A program made the position numbers and the translations under genes. From Dehalococcoidia bacterium (GTDB lineage Bacteria; Chloroflexota; Dehalococcoidia; Bin125): a DNA stretch of 64,000 nucleotides. Shown here piece after piece: positions 1 through 9,465 of this stretch (the stretch's first letter is position 1; each line of letters opens with the position of its first letter). The DNA is taken from the NCBI GenBank assembly GCA_963555985.3, contig OY820591.1:1728001-1792000 (forward strand), given 5' to 3'. Below the pieces are notes generated by a model. It saw nothing but the letters and a program-made list of their open reading frames with translations, did no database searches and was not told the origin of the DNA.

Positions 1-599
1 CGCTCGCGATGATCGAGCGCGGCTATGAGTGCGATAGCCGCAAAGTGCGGAACGAGGAAATCGGTATACGCGACACCAGTGCCGATTGGCTCTTCGCCCG
101 GGTAGTGGGTGAGGTGCGAGATACTGGCGGCGGCCTGGAGCACGTGTCCGTAGCCCTGCCACATCGACCACGGACCGGTGGAGCCGTACATCGGCATCGA
201 GATCATGATTACGTCGGGTCTGACCTGGCGCAGATCTTCGTAGGTCATGCCCCAGGCGCGCATGGCTTTGGGGGTGAACGACTCGGTCACGATGTCGCAT
301 TCGGCGACGATTCGCTTGGCCAGCGCGACGCCGTCGGGGTGTTGGAGATTGAGCGAGCAACAGAACTTCGAGGAGTTGAAGTCGGCGTAGTAGCCGCTGT
401 TATCGAGTCCGGGCTGATCGTTGACGAAAGGAGGGGCGCGGCGCAGGGGCTCAGGGCGGACACTGCTCTCGATCCGGATCACCTCTGCGCCGTGGTCGGC
501 GAGGTACTTCGAGACGAGCGGCCCGACCCCGACCCAGGCGAAGTCGGCGATGCGGATGCCCTCGAACACGTTGGCGGGGAGAGAGCCGTTGCTGGTCAT
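1..599 (-). CDS. CoA transferase family III (CaiB/BaiF), 3' part outside window
   Basis: Manual translation from ATG at 599: MTSNGSLPANVFEGIRIADFAWVGVGPLVSKYLADHGAEVIRIE, a typical family III N-terminus; runs off the window edge. Confidence 0.85.
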   Translation of the reverse strand, partial: MTSNGSLPANVFEGIRIADFAWVGVGPLVSKYLADHGAEVIRIESSVRPEPLRRAPPFVNDQPGLDNSGYYADFNSSKFCCSLNLQHPDGVALAKRIVAECDIVTESFTPKAMRAWGMTYEDLRQVRPDVIMISMPMYGSTGPWSMWQGYGHVLQAAASISHLTHYPGEEPIGTGVAYTDFLVPHFAAIALIAALDHRE

Positions 600-608
600 G
601 GTCGCGTC

Positions 609-1889
609 CTAGATCACACCGTCGGCGGCAAGTTGGTCAATTTCGTCGTTGGAGAGGCCGAGCAGGTCGCCGTAGACCTCACGGTTATGTTCGCCAAGCT
701 GCGGCGCTCGGCGGCGCACAGCCAGCGGCGTGGCGCTGAGCTTTGCCCACGGTCCGGGATAGGTGATCTGCTCGCCGATCTCCTCGTGTTCAAGTTCGGT
801 CCAATAGTCGCGCGCGGCGAGGTGCTCATTCTCGAGCAGGTCGGCTGGGGTGTGGACGACGCCCCAGCCGTTGCGGATCTGCTGGGCCTCGGAGACAAGT
901 TGAGCACGGGTGAAGCCCTTGCAGAAGCGGACCAGCACATCGTTGAGATGATCCGCGTCCTCGCCAGCAGGCGGAATCAGCACGCCTTGGGTCGCGTCCA
1001 GCTTCTCCATCCACTCGTCGGAGGTGAGGTCTTCAGCCATCCCGTGATAGTCGAGCCACTCGATCGTCTGACGCGCCGTAAGGCCGAACAGACCGCCGTA
1101 GGAGAGCGCAGCGATGTGTCCATCGGCGGCCTCGTAGACGTACTGACCCATCTTGAATCCGCCGATGTTGCGTCCGTTACCGGGGCGCTCGATATTGACC
1201 CTGCGGATGTCCCAGGTAGGCATGGCGTTGTCGTGGGTGAAGGTGACCGCTTCCTGCATCGACTGGTCGACATGCTGACCCTGACCGGTGCGGGTGCGGT
1301 GGAAGTGCGCGATCATCGTGCCGACGACGGCCTGAGCGGACGCCTGCGTGTAGCCCTGCGCGGCGGAAGGGCGGATCGGAGGGCGATCGGGCGATCCACA
1401 GAGCGAGGCAAGGCCGCCCATTGCGACGCCGATCAGGTCAGTGGCCTTCCATTGCGCGTAGGGACCGTCCTGTCCGAACGGCGTGATCGAAGTCATCACC
1501 AGACGAGGGTTGCGCTCGTGGATTGTGTCCCAGCCGAGGTCGACCGTCTCCATCGCACCGGGCGGCGTGGATTCGACGATGAAGTCGGCCAGAGCGACCA
1601 GTTGCAGGAACAGATCGCGTCCGCGCGGCTGGCTGAGGTCGATGGTGATCCCGCGCTTGGAGTGGTTGAACGTCCACCAGAAAAGGGAGCGCTCCGGATG
1701 CGGTTCGTCGCGGTAGAAGGGTCGGTTCCAACGGGCGGGATCGCCTTCGGGAGGCTCGAACTTGATCACGTCCGCGCCGAGTTCAGCCAGCATCCGTCCG
1801 GCCAGATGTCCGAGTTCGTTGGTGAGATCGAGCACGCGGAAGGGGGCGAGCGGTCCGTTGGATGGAGGTGGGTTGGTCATGGGGCGCAT
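609..1889 (-). CDS. CoA transferase family III (CaiB/BaiF)
   Basis: PLAPFRVLDLT...LAELGADVIKFEPPEGD and C-terminal APQLGEHN motifs; start may be 1880. Confidence 0.9.
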   Translation of the reverse strand: MRPMTNPPPSNGPLAPFRVLDLTNELGHLAGRMLAELGADVIKFEPPEGDPARWNRPFYRDEPHPERSLFWWTFNHSKRGITIDLSQPRGRDLFLQLVALADFIVESTPPGAMETVDLGWDTIHERNPRLVMTSITPFGQDGPYAQWKATDLIGVAMGGLASLCGSPDRPPIRPSAAQGYTQASAQAVVGTMIAHFHRTRTGQGQHVDQSMQEAVTFTHDNAMPTWDIRRVNIERPGNGRNIGGFKMGQYVYEAADGHIAALSYGGLFGLTARQTIEWLDYHGMAEDLTSDEWMEKLDATQGVLIPPAGEDADHLNDVLVRFCKGFTRAQLVSEAQQIRNGWGVVHTPADLLENEHLAARDYWTELEHEEIGEQITYPGPWAKLSATPLAVRRRAPQLGEHNREVYGDLLGLSNDEIDQLAADGVI

Positions 1890-1906
1890 GGTAGCTGTAG
1901 GTTCGA

Positions 1907-2917
1907 GTGGCGAGGGAGTTCATGCAGCGTTGGCTGGCGGAAGCGATCGATGCGGCGGCGCTGCGCTTGCAGGCGCGCTCGGCGCAGCTGCGCCGGCGCA
2001 CGCTCTGGCCCGATCCGAACGAGCTGAGAGCGTTGCAGGAAGGCACTTGGCAGCCGCCGTCTCTGGATGATCCCGGCGCACCGAGCGAAGTAGCTCGAAT
2101 CCCATTGGCGTTGGAAGCGAACGGTGCTGACGAGGGATTCTGGTTTTCGTCCTCGCCGCCGTACGCGCAGGAGCATGACCGCGCCGCGCAGGGACTGCTA
2201 TATCTGCCCCCAACCCCGACACGTGGTGTCGTGATCCTCGCGCCTGGGGCCTTTGCCGGGGCGGGCGGGCGCATCTCCGAGCGGATCTACCCGCAGATCG
2301 CGCGAACGTTTGGCAAGGCAGGCTTTGCAGCGGCGCAGTTGATGCTGCCCTTGCATGAGCGACGGTCGCCGCCCGGCGAGATTTCGGGTCACAACCTCTT
2401 GCACGGGGACATCTTCAGCTATGTGCGCGGACTTTGCCAAAGCGTCCGCGATGTTCGAGCGATGATCGGTTGGCTCGCGCCGGAATTCGGGGCGGTCGGC
2501 TATTGGGGCCTCAGCCTCGGCGCCGGGATTGGCTCGCTGGTCGCCGCGCACGACTCGCGGCTCGCGTTTGCGGTGCTGTTGGAGCCGCCGCTGCGGACGG
2601 ATGCTGCATTCCGTTCGCCCTTGACACGCATTTGGCGCGACCAGCTCAGCGAGAGCGGGGTACGCGACGACGACATCCGCACTGTGCTACGCGCTGTCGA
2701 GCCGGACGGCCCGCCTGCCGTCGCGCCGGAACGCATCCTCCTCCAGGGAGGCAGGTGGGACAAGCTGGCGCCGCCGGACGGGATCGAGCGGTTGGCTGAG
2801 CGCTGGCCCGGGTCGCATGTGCGCTGGTACTCGGACGGGCACATCTCGATGCTGATGGGACGCCGCAGCTGGCTGCGCGACGCAGTGGCGTTCGCGTCGG
2901 AAGCGATGGGCGGCTAA
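1907..2917 (+). CDS. Alpha/beta hydrolase fold protein
   Basis: GLSLG nucleophile elbow; D in WDKLAP and H in DGHIS fit a catalytic triad. Confidence 0.75.
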   Translation: MAREFMQRWLAEAIDAAALRLQARSAQLRRRTLWPDPNELRALQEGTWQPPSLDDPGAPSEVARIPLALEANGADEGFWFSSSPPYAQEHDRAAQGLLYLPPTPTRGVVILAPGAFAGAGGRISERIYPQIARTFGKAGFAAAQLMLPLHERRSPPGEISGHNLLHGDIFSYVRGLCQSVRDVRAMIGWLAPEFGAVGYWGLSLGAGIGSLVAAHDSRLAFAVLLEPPLRTDAAFRSPLTRIWRDQLSESGVRDDDIRTVLRAVEPDGPPAVAPERILLQGGRWDKLAPPDGIERLAERWPGSHVRWYSDGHISMLMGRRSWLRDAVAFASEAMGG

Positions 2918-4089
2918 CTCGGCGCGACGGGCTGGCGAGTGATGATGTGTACTCCGTCGAGGGTCGGCAAGAGGGTCTCGATTGCTTGGCGAAGGTCGTC
3001 GAGGTGGTCTCGTTCCAGCGCCGACACCGCGACGGTACCGTCGCCAAAGTGCTCGAGCACGTCTGAGAGCGGGATCTCAAGAGCGTCGATCTTGTTGAGC
3101 ACGGTCAGCGTGGGGCGCTGATCGACGCCCAACTCGTGGAGCGTGTTCTCGACGCTGGCAGCCTGTTCGGCGGCGTCGGGGTGGGTGGCGTCGACGACGT
3201 GAAGGAGCAGGTCGGCCTCTTCCAGTTCTTCGAGCGTGGCGCGGAATGCCGCCACGAGTTGGGTCGGAAGCTTCTGGATGAAGCCGACGGTGTCGCTCAG
3301 GAGCACGGTGTGTTCCTCCGAGAGGCGGCAACGGCGGGTGGTTGGATCGAGGGTCTCGAAGAGCCGATCGCGAGCGGTGACCTTCGCATTGGTGAGCGCG
3401 TTCATCAGCGTGGACTTGCCCGCGTTGGTGTAGCCCACGAGCGCGACCAGCGGGATGCCGGCGCGGTCGCGGCGGCGGCGGTGCTGCTGGCGGTGGGTGC
3501 GGACACGATCGAGGTCTTGCTTGAGGCGCTTGATCTGGATGCGGATCAGGCGGCGGTCGGTTTCGAGCTGGGTCTCGCCCGGACCACGCGAGCCGATTGC
3601 GCCTTCCATGCGCTCAAGGTGCTCCCACTGTCCAGTCAGGCGGGGCAGCAGGTATTCGTGCTGGGCGAGGGCAACCTGGACGACGCCTTCGCGGGTGCGG
3701 GCTCGCTGGCTGAAAATGTCGAGAATCAATGCCGTCCGATCGATGATCTTGATCTCCAGCCGCTGTTCGAGGTTGCGCTGTTGGGCTGGAGTCAGTTCAT
3801 CGTCGAAGATGGCGACTGTGGCCTTGAGATCGTCGCGCAGCGCGGCGATCTCTTCCAATTTGCCCTTGCCCACGTAGGAACGCCGGTCGGGATGGCGCAG
3901 TCGTTGCGTGACCCGAGCCATCGGCATCGCGCCGGCGGTCTCGGCGAGTTGCGCGAGCTCTTCAACAGAAGCGTGAATGTTCCAGTGGGCGGAGCGGCGC
4001 GAGTCGACGCCGACAAGGATGGCGCGTTCGCGGGGAGGGCGAGTGGGGTGGTGTTTGCGGCGTCCGCCGCGGTTGCGAATGCGTGGGAT
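2914..4089 (-). CDS. hflX: Ribosome-associated GTPase HflX (probable non-canonical ATC start)
   Basis: GPGETQLETDRR, GYTNAGKST, LFETLDPT, DTVGFI and NKID motifs; the N-terminal ERAILVGV...EELAQLAETAG segment lies upstream of the first ATG (3927). Confidence 0.93.
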   Translation of the reverse strand: MPRIRNRGGRRKHHPTRPPRERAILVGVDSRRSAHWNIHASVEELAQLAETAGAMPMARVTQRLRHPDRRSYVGKGKLEEIAALRDDLKATVAIFDDELTPAQQRNLEQRLEIKIIDRTALILDIFSQRARTREGVVQVALAQHEYLLPRLTGQWEHLERMEGAIGSRGPGETQLETDRRLIRIQIKRLKQDLDRVRTHRQQHRRRRDRAGIPLVALVGYTNAGKSTLMNALTNAKVTARDRLFETLDPTTRRCRLSEEHTVLLSDTVGFIQKLPTQLVAAFRATLEELEEADLLLHVVDATHPDAAEQAASVENTLHELGVDQRPTLTVLNKIDALEIPLSDVLEHFGDGTVAVSALERDHLDDLRQAIETLLPTLDGVHIITRQPVAPS

Positions 4090-4339
4090 GGGAGTCTCCG
4101 TCGCTACGCCCGACCCGCAGATCGGGCGCGAATCAGTCTAGTCAGTGTGTGACGACGGAAACTAGATGCGCATCTCGCCACTTCTTTCTCGCTTGGTAAG
4201 GCTCTATCGAATTCTAGCGCCTGTACAGGCTCGCGGTTCTTGTGATTGCCATAGAAGCGAAGCGCGCCTCTGCTTCCAATCGAACAGGGAGTGGAGACGA
4301 AACAGAATTTCGCGGGGCGGTCCGGGAAAAACGGCGGGC

Positions 4340-4440
4340 GGTGTTCAGGGAGAATTTTTTTCTGGCAGGGTGGATCGCGGATCTCCTGTGCTGGCTGGGC
4401 TGAACGCTGTTCAGGGCGTTCAGCTTTGTTCAGGTTCGGT
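4340..4440. repeat. Dispersed ~100 bp intergenic element, copy 1 (copy 2 at 29812-29910)
   Basis: Collinear shared blocks GGTGTTCAGGGAGAA, T-run+TGGC, GATCTCCTGTG, GTTCAG..TTGTTCAGGTT. Confidence 0.7.
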
Positions 4441-4582
4441 TGGGGAGGAGGGAGGCGAGCAATGCTCGTTGCCGAATATGAGTTCTGTTCAGGGTAGACG
4501 GTTTGAGCGAGATGGCGGATGGTTGAATGTAATGTGCGTAACAGTGGTGAGCGGTCGCTGTGAAGCGGATGCTCTCTGCCTA

Positions 4583-4617
4583 CCTTCCTCTCCTTCGCAG
4601 AGCGGGAGAGAGGAAGG
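4583..4617. terminator. Hairpin downstream of dapL (terminator or REP-like)
   Basis: 10-bp perfect inverted repeat CCTTCCTCTC / GAGAGGAAGG about 20 bp after the dapL stop; no clear U-tract. Confidence 0.45.
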
Positions 4618-4638
4618 GATGCGCAGTGTGAATCGACC

Positions 4639-5802
4639 TTAGCCTGACGTGAAGGCCGCGATCCGTTCGACGCCTTCGTCGACTTCTTCGTCGGGCAAGG
4701 TCAGGGAGAGGCGGATGTAGCCCTCGCCGGCGGGGCCGTAGCCGTTGCCGGGGGTGACGACGACTCCCTGCTCCTCGATCAGGCGGGCGGCGAAGTCGGC
4801 GGAGGTGTCGCCTTCGGGGATTTTGGCCCAGATGTAGAGGGATGCCTTGGGGTTGGTGACTTCGAGGCCGATGGAGCGGAGGGCGTCGACGACTTTGTCT
4901 CGACGACCCTGGATGATGGCGTTGTTGGCCTCGATCACCGACTGATCGCCGTCGAGGGCGGCGATGGCCATTTGCTGGATTGCCTGGGGGATGCCGGAGT
5001 CGATGTTGGACTTGACGCGGAGGAGCGGATCGACCAGTTCGGCGTTGCCGCAGGCCCAGCCGAGCCGCCAGCCGGTCATGTTGAAGGTCTTGGAGAGGGA
5101 GAAGTACTCCATGCCGGAGGCCATGCCCGAGGGGGCTTGGAGGAAGGCGGGAGCTTCGTAACCGTCGAAGGTGACGTCGCAGTAGGCGTTGTCGTGGAGG
5201 ACGGCGATCTCGTTGTCGAGGCCGAACTGGGCGGCGCGCTCGAAGAAGTCGAGGTCGGCCAGTGCTCCAGTTGGGTTGTTGGGATAGTTGATCCAGAGGA
5301 CGCGGGCGCGTTCGCTCACGTCAGCTGGGATCGCATCCAGGTCGGGGAGGAAGTCGTTGTCTGCGGTCAAGGGCATGTAGTGAGATTCGCCGCCGGCGAA
5401 CATCGTGCCGATTGCGTAGACGGGATAGGCGGGGTCGGGGACAAGAGCGATATCGCCCGGGTCGATGAAGCAGAGGGCGGAGTTGGCGATGCCTTCCTTT
5501 GCCCCGATCAGGGGGACGATCTCGGTGGCCGGATCGAGCGCGACCTCGAAGCGCTGCGCCATCCAGCGGGCGATGCACTCGCGCAATTCGGGCAGGCCCT
5601 CGGTCTCCGGGTAGCGATGGTTGGCGGGCACGTCGGCGTGTTCGTGGAGGGCTTCGAGGATGTGCGGGTGTGTGGGTAGGTCGGGATCGCCGATACCAAA
5701 GGAGATCACGCGCACGCCTTTTTCGCGCTGCTCGGCGATTTTGCGGGAGATTTCGACGAAGAGGTAGGGCGGGAGGGATTGGACACGCTTGGCAGTGCGC
5801 AT
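4639..5802 (-). CDS. dapL: LL-diaminopimelate aminotransferase
   Basis: MRTAKRVQSLPPYLF, NYPNNPTG, DNAY, SLSKTFNMTGWR; located near dapF. Confidence 0.85.
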   Translation of the reverse strand: MRTAKRVQSLPPYLFVEISRKIAEQREKGVRVISFGIGDPDLPTHPHILEALHEHADVPANHRYPETEGLPELRECIARWMAQRFEVALDPATEIVPLIGAKEGIANSALCFIDPGDIALVPDPAYPVYAIGTMFAGGESHYMPLTADNDFLPDLDAIPADVSERARVLWINYPNNPTGALADLDFFERAAQFGLDNEIAVLHDNAYCDVTFDGYEAPAFLQAPSGMASGMEYFSLSKTFNMTGWRLGWACGNAELVDPLLRVKSNIDSGIPQAIQQMAIAALDGDQSVIEANNAIIQGRRDKVVDALRSIGLEVTNPKASLYIWAKIPEGDTSADFAARLIEEQGVVVTPGNGYGPAGEGYIRLSLTLPDEEVDEGVERIAAFTSG

Positions 5803-5867
5803 GGGGAGACCTCTGAACGATTTGCGGCGAGTGGTTGCTCGGTTCGGGAGCATCCCGGTATCTGACG

Positions 5868-5920
5868 GGACCCCCTCTGTCACTTCGTGACATCTCCCCC
5901 CGCAGCGCGGGGGGAGGGAT
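5868..5920. repeat. REP-like double-hairpin repeat, copy 1 (copy 2 at 33879-33936)
   Basis: ACCCCCTCTGTC-N-GACATCTCCCCC-N-GGGGGGAG at both sites. Confidence 0.8.
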
Positions 5921-5933
5921 TTTCAGAACTTCC

Positions 5934-6869
5934 TTAGAACCGTCCCCAGATTTTGCCGACTTTGACGTAGGTGGTGATCTTGTCGTCGTGGCGGCGCTGG
6001 ACCTCGGCCGGGTCGGCGGGGCGCTGGTAGGTGAGTTCGTTGGTGACGTGGCGGAAACCGAACTCGCGCAGGAGCGGGTCGCCGACATTGTCCATGCCGA
6101 CGCGGAGCGTGAGCGCGCGGCGGTTTTGCTCGGCACCCCAACTCATCGCGGCTGAGAGTAGAGCGCGAGAGACCTCGGCGTGGTCGGCGTCGGGGTGGAT
6201 GATCAGCTCTTCGGCGCTGAGACCTCGCTTCTCGGCCTCTGCGAGGTGGATGTAGCCGACGGGCGTCTCGTCGACTTCCGCGAGGCCTACCCAGGCGGCT
6301 TGGGGAAAGAATTGGTCGGCGAGCGGCGGCGCGTGCGCGGCTTCGCCGGCGGCTGCTTGCTCGACCTCGACAATGGCGTCGGAGTCGGCGTCGGGCAGTG
6401 CTTCCCGCACTGAGATTGCGTCGTCGGTCTCGGGCAGCTTCTGGGAGCGCATGTCGCGGCAACGGACGATTGAGACCTCTGCCGGGGAAGGGAACTCAGC
6501 GCCGATCAACATCGGTTCGACGTAGTGGCGATGGGGGAAGTCGTTGTAGTCGAGCACCATCAGTTCGGCGTCGGAGTACTCGTTGGCGAGTTCACCCATT
6601 TCGTTGAGCAGATTGGTGAGGTGGAGACGAATGTGGTTGATCGTGTCGAACTCGTAGAAGAGGCGCAGATGGCGTCCGTAGGGGACGCCGATCACGTGGC
6701 CGTCGTCGCACTGCGTGGAGAGGATTCGCGGCAAGCGAACCAGTTGGTCGTAGTCGAACTCAGGCTGATTGCGGTAGACGAGGGGTTTGGTGGCGAGGGT
6801 TTCGTGCAGTTCGCGGACGTAGCCCGGGGCGCGATCTTGGTCGAAGCGGGTGTAGTCGGGGGTGACCAT
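5934..6869 (-). CDS. Hypothetical protein with C-terminal GNAT acetyltransferase-like domain
   Basis: ISVREALPDAD...LAEVDETPVGYI...LIIHPD...ALLSAAMSW...LLREFGF follows the GNAT pattern. Confidence 0.6.
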   Translation of the reverse strand: MVTPDYTRFDQDRAPGYVRELHETLATKPLVYRNQPEFDYDQLVRLPRILSTQCDDGHVIGVPYGRHLRLFYEFDTINHIRLHLTNLLNEMGELANEYSDAELMVLDYNDFPHRHYVEPMLIGAEFPSPAEVSIVRCRDMRSQKLPETDDAISVREALPDADSDAIVEVEQAAAGEAAHAPPLADQFFPQAAWVGLAEVDETPVGYIHLAEAEKRGLSAEELIIHPDADHAEVSRALLSAAMSWGAEQNRRALTLRVGMDNVGDPLLREFGFRHVTNELTYQRPADPAEVQRRHDDKITTYVKVGKIWGRF

Positions 6870-6888
6870 ATGGGGTCCGTTCGGTCGC

Positions 6889-7773
6889 TCAGCTGATGGC
6901 GGGTTCGGGGAGGATGCCCTCGAAGGAGAATTGGGCGGGGCCGGTCATGTAGACGGAGGCTGCGGGATCGTCGAGGCCGTTCCAGGCGATCTCGAGGTCT
7001 CCGCCTGGAAGGGAAACAGTGGCCTGCTCGTCGGCCAGTCCGCGCAGCCGGGCGGCGACCAGCACGGCGCAAGCGCCCGAGCCACAGGCGAGGGTAATGC
7101 CGACGCCGCGTTCCCAGACTCGCATCTTGAGGTGATCGGGCGCGAGCACGTTGACGATCTCGAAGTTGGTCTTCTTGGGGAAATCCGGATGCGTCTCGAT
7201 CAGAGGACCAATCTCAGTGAGAGGGAAGTCATCGACCGGCGTATCCGTAAACCAGACCGCGTGGGGGTTGCCCATGCTGACGCAGGTGAGGTCGTAGGTC
7301 TCAGCGTTGACGGTGATCCGGTGATGCAGCACTGGGGCGGGTCCGTCGTTCAGTACCGGCACCTCGTGCGGTTCGAGCCAAGCTGGGCCCATGGCGACGC
7401 GGACCCGGTCGACGGTTGGACCAACCTCGCCGAGTTCGGCGTGGAGGACGCCCGCGCCGGTTTCGATGGCGAGGCGCCCACCGTTGGGCGTGAAGCCTGC
7501 TCGCTCGACCAGATACTTGGTGAAGCAGCGAAAGCCGTTGCCGCACATCTCGCCGTCGGAGCCGTCGGCGTTGACGATCACCATGCGGGCGTCGGCGCGG
7601 TCGGTGTCGCGGGCGATCAGGATGCCGTCTGCGCCGACGCCGAAGTGGCGGTCGCAGACCTGCGGGGCGACAGCGGCCCAGTCGACGTCCAGGCGGTGGG
7701 CATTCGAGCCGAGGGCGTCGATCAGAACGAAGTCGTTGCCGGCACCTTGGACTTTGAGAAACGGAATAGCCAT
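6889..7773 (-). CDS. dapF: Diaminopimelate epimerase
   Basis: GAGNDF, GVGADG, NADGSDGEMCGNG, SMGNPH, ERGVGITLACGSG. Confidence 0.97.
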   Translation of the reverse strand: MAIPFLKVQGAGNDFVLIDALGSNAHRLDVDWAAVAPQVCDRHFGVGADGILIARDTDRADARMVIVNADGSDGEMCGNGFRCFTKYLVERAGFTPNGGRLAIETGAGVLHAELGEVGPTVDRVRVAMGPAWLEPHEVPVLNDGPAPVLHHRITVNAETYDLTCVSMGNPHAVWFTDTPVDDFPLTEIGPLIETHPDFPKKTNFEIVNVLAPDHLKMRVWERGVGITLACGSGACAVLVAARLRGLADEQATVSLPGGDLEIAWNGLDDPAASVYMTGPAQFSFEGILPEPAIS

Positions 7774-7782
7774 GCGCTCATC

Positions 7783-8712
7783 TTACTCAAGCAGGGCGAA
7801 CGGGATAGTTGCGGCCCAGTGAATGTTGGGATCGTCGCGGCGGAACCAGGCGTATTGCCGACGGGCGAGGCGGCGGGTCTGTTGGGTGACGCTCTCAATG
7901 GCGGTGGGAAGATCAAACTCGCCGCGAATGTGGGCGAGCACTTCCCGATAGCCAATCGAGTCGAATCCGGGGGCAGATTCAGGAACGCCTTCAGCGAGAA
8001 GTGCTGTGACTTCCTCAACGAACCCATTGTCGAACATCGCCTGGGTTCGCTCAGCGATGCGCTGATCGAGTGTCTCTTGCTCCAGAGCGGGTGCGACGGC
8101 GGTGTAGGAGACGGGCTCGCGGCGGCGCTGCCACTCGGAGATGGTGATACCGGTGAATTCGTGTACTTCCAGGGCTCGGCTGACTCGGCGGATGTTGTTG
8201 GCTGGAATTCGGGATGCGGCCACGGGATCGATTTCGAGCAGGCGACGGTGCAGCGCCTCAGCGCCGTGCAGCTCAGCGAAGCGTTCATAATCGGCGCGAA
8301 GTGTCCGGTCGGGTTCTACCGGCGGCGTCTGCCAGCCTTCGAGTAGGGCGCGCATGTGCTGTCCGGCGCCGCCGGCGAGCACGACCCGCCGCCCGCGCTC
8401 GTGAATGTCGGCGATGGCGGCGCGCGCGGCGATCAGGTATTGGCCGAGCGAGAAGGTTTCGGGCGGTTCTATGAGATCGAGGCACCAATGCGGTACTGTC
8501 TCGCGCATTTCGGCGGTGGGTTTGGCTGTGCCGATGTCGAGGCGGCGATAGATTTGGCGGCTGTCGATGTTGACGATCTCAGCGTTGAGGCAAGCGGCGA
8601 TTTCGAGCGCCCAAGCGGACTTACCGCTGGCCGTGGGGCCGACGACTGCAATCAGGTGCGGCGCAATCGTCTCAGGCGTTGGCGATTGCGCGGGTGATGG
8701 CGAGGAAGGCAT
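7783..8712 (-). CDS. miaA: tRNA dimethylallyltransferase
   Basis: VVGPTASGKS, DSRQIYRRLDIGTAKP, RRVSRALEV, SIGYRE; start uncertain (ATG 8712 overlaps tpiA). Confidence 0.93.
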   Translation of the reverse strand: MPSSPSPAQSPTPETIAPHLIAVVGPTASGKSAWALEIAACLNAEIVNIDSRQIYRRLDIGTAKPTAEMRETVPHWCLDLIEPPETFSLGQYLIAARAAIADIHERGRRVVLAGGAGQHMRALLEGWQTPPVEPDRTLRADYERFAELHGAEALHRRLLEIDPVAASRIPANNIRRVSRALEVHEFTGITISEWQRRREPVSYTAVAPALEQETLDQRIAERTQAMFDNGFVEEVTALLAEGVPESAPGFDSIGYREVLAHIRGEFDLPTAIESVTQQTRRLARRQYAWFRRDDPNIHWAATIPFALLE

Positions 8713-9424
8713 CGGGATCGAGTGAGGCTCCGCCAACGAGCGCGCCGTCGACGTCGGGTTGGGCGGCGAAGTCGGCGACGTTTTCAGGCTTGACGGAGCC
8801 GCCGTAGAGGATTCGGGTCGCGTCGGCGACGGCGGAGCCGAGTTTGTCGGCGACGATTGAGCGGATGTGAGCGGCGGCCTGCTCGGCTTCGCCGGGGGTT
8901 GCGGCCTTGCCGGTACCGATCGCCCAGACGGGTTCGTACGCGATGACGAGGCCCGGCGGGGCCGGGTTATCGCCGAGGGCGATTGAGACCTGGCGGGTGA
9001 GGACGGTGTTGGTGCGTCGGTTTTCGCGTTCAGCTTCGGTTTCGCCAACGCAGAGGATTGGCGTGAGGCCGTGTTCCACGGCTGCGAGCAGCTTGAGTTC
9101 GAGGGCTTGGTCATCCTCGCAGAAGAATTGTCTCCGCTCCGAGTGTCCGAGGATGACGGTGTCGGCGATTTCGGCGAGCTGTCGCGGTGAGACTTCGCCG
9201 GTGAAAGCCCCCGAGGGCTTGGTGTGCATGTTTTGGCCAGCGATGTGGACGCTGGTCTGGGCAAAGTGCCGCGAGACGATCGGCAGCTGTAAGAACGAGG
9301 GCGAGAGCACGACCTCAACGTTGGGAATCTGATCGATCCCGGCGAGGCCGGCGCAGAGTGCGTCGGCTTCCGCGTTGGTGCCGTTCATTTTCCAATTACC
9401 GGCGCTAATCGGAATGCGTGCCAT
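8672..9424 (-). CDS. tpiA: Triosephosphate isomerase
   Basis: AGNWKMN, GHSERR, AYEPVWAIGTG, YGGSV, LVGGASL. Confidence 0.98.
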   Translation of the reverse strand: MARIPISAGNWKMNGTNAEADALCAGLAGIDQIPNVEVVLSPSFLQLPIVSRHFAQTSVHIAGQNMHTKPSGAFTGEVSPRQLAEIADTVILGHSERRQFFCEDDQALELKLLAAVEHGLTPILCVGETEAERENRRTNTVLTRQVSIALGDNPAPPGLVIAYEPVWAIGTGKAATPGEAEQAAAHIRSIVADKLGSAVADATRILYGGSVKPENVADFAAQPDVDGALVGGASLDPDAFLAITRAIANA

Positions 9425-9465
9425 GGACTGCCTATCCGCTGGGAGGTCGGGGATCCGCTTCGAGC

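Noticed and set aside
9-2027. Long + strand ORF (672 aa) and similar antisense ORFs (e.g. 22816-24513, 47556-49262)
   Set aside because: Shadow frames opposite well-supported genes in high-GC DNA, with no recognisable motifs
4402-4412. GAAC-N3-GTTC as a LexA box
   Set aside because: Spacer length is wrong and the site is absent from the second copy of the element
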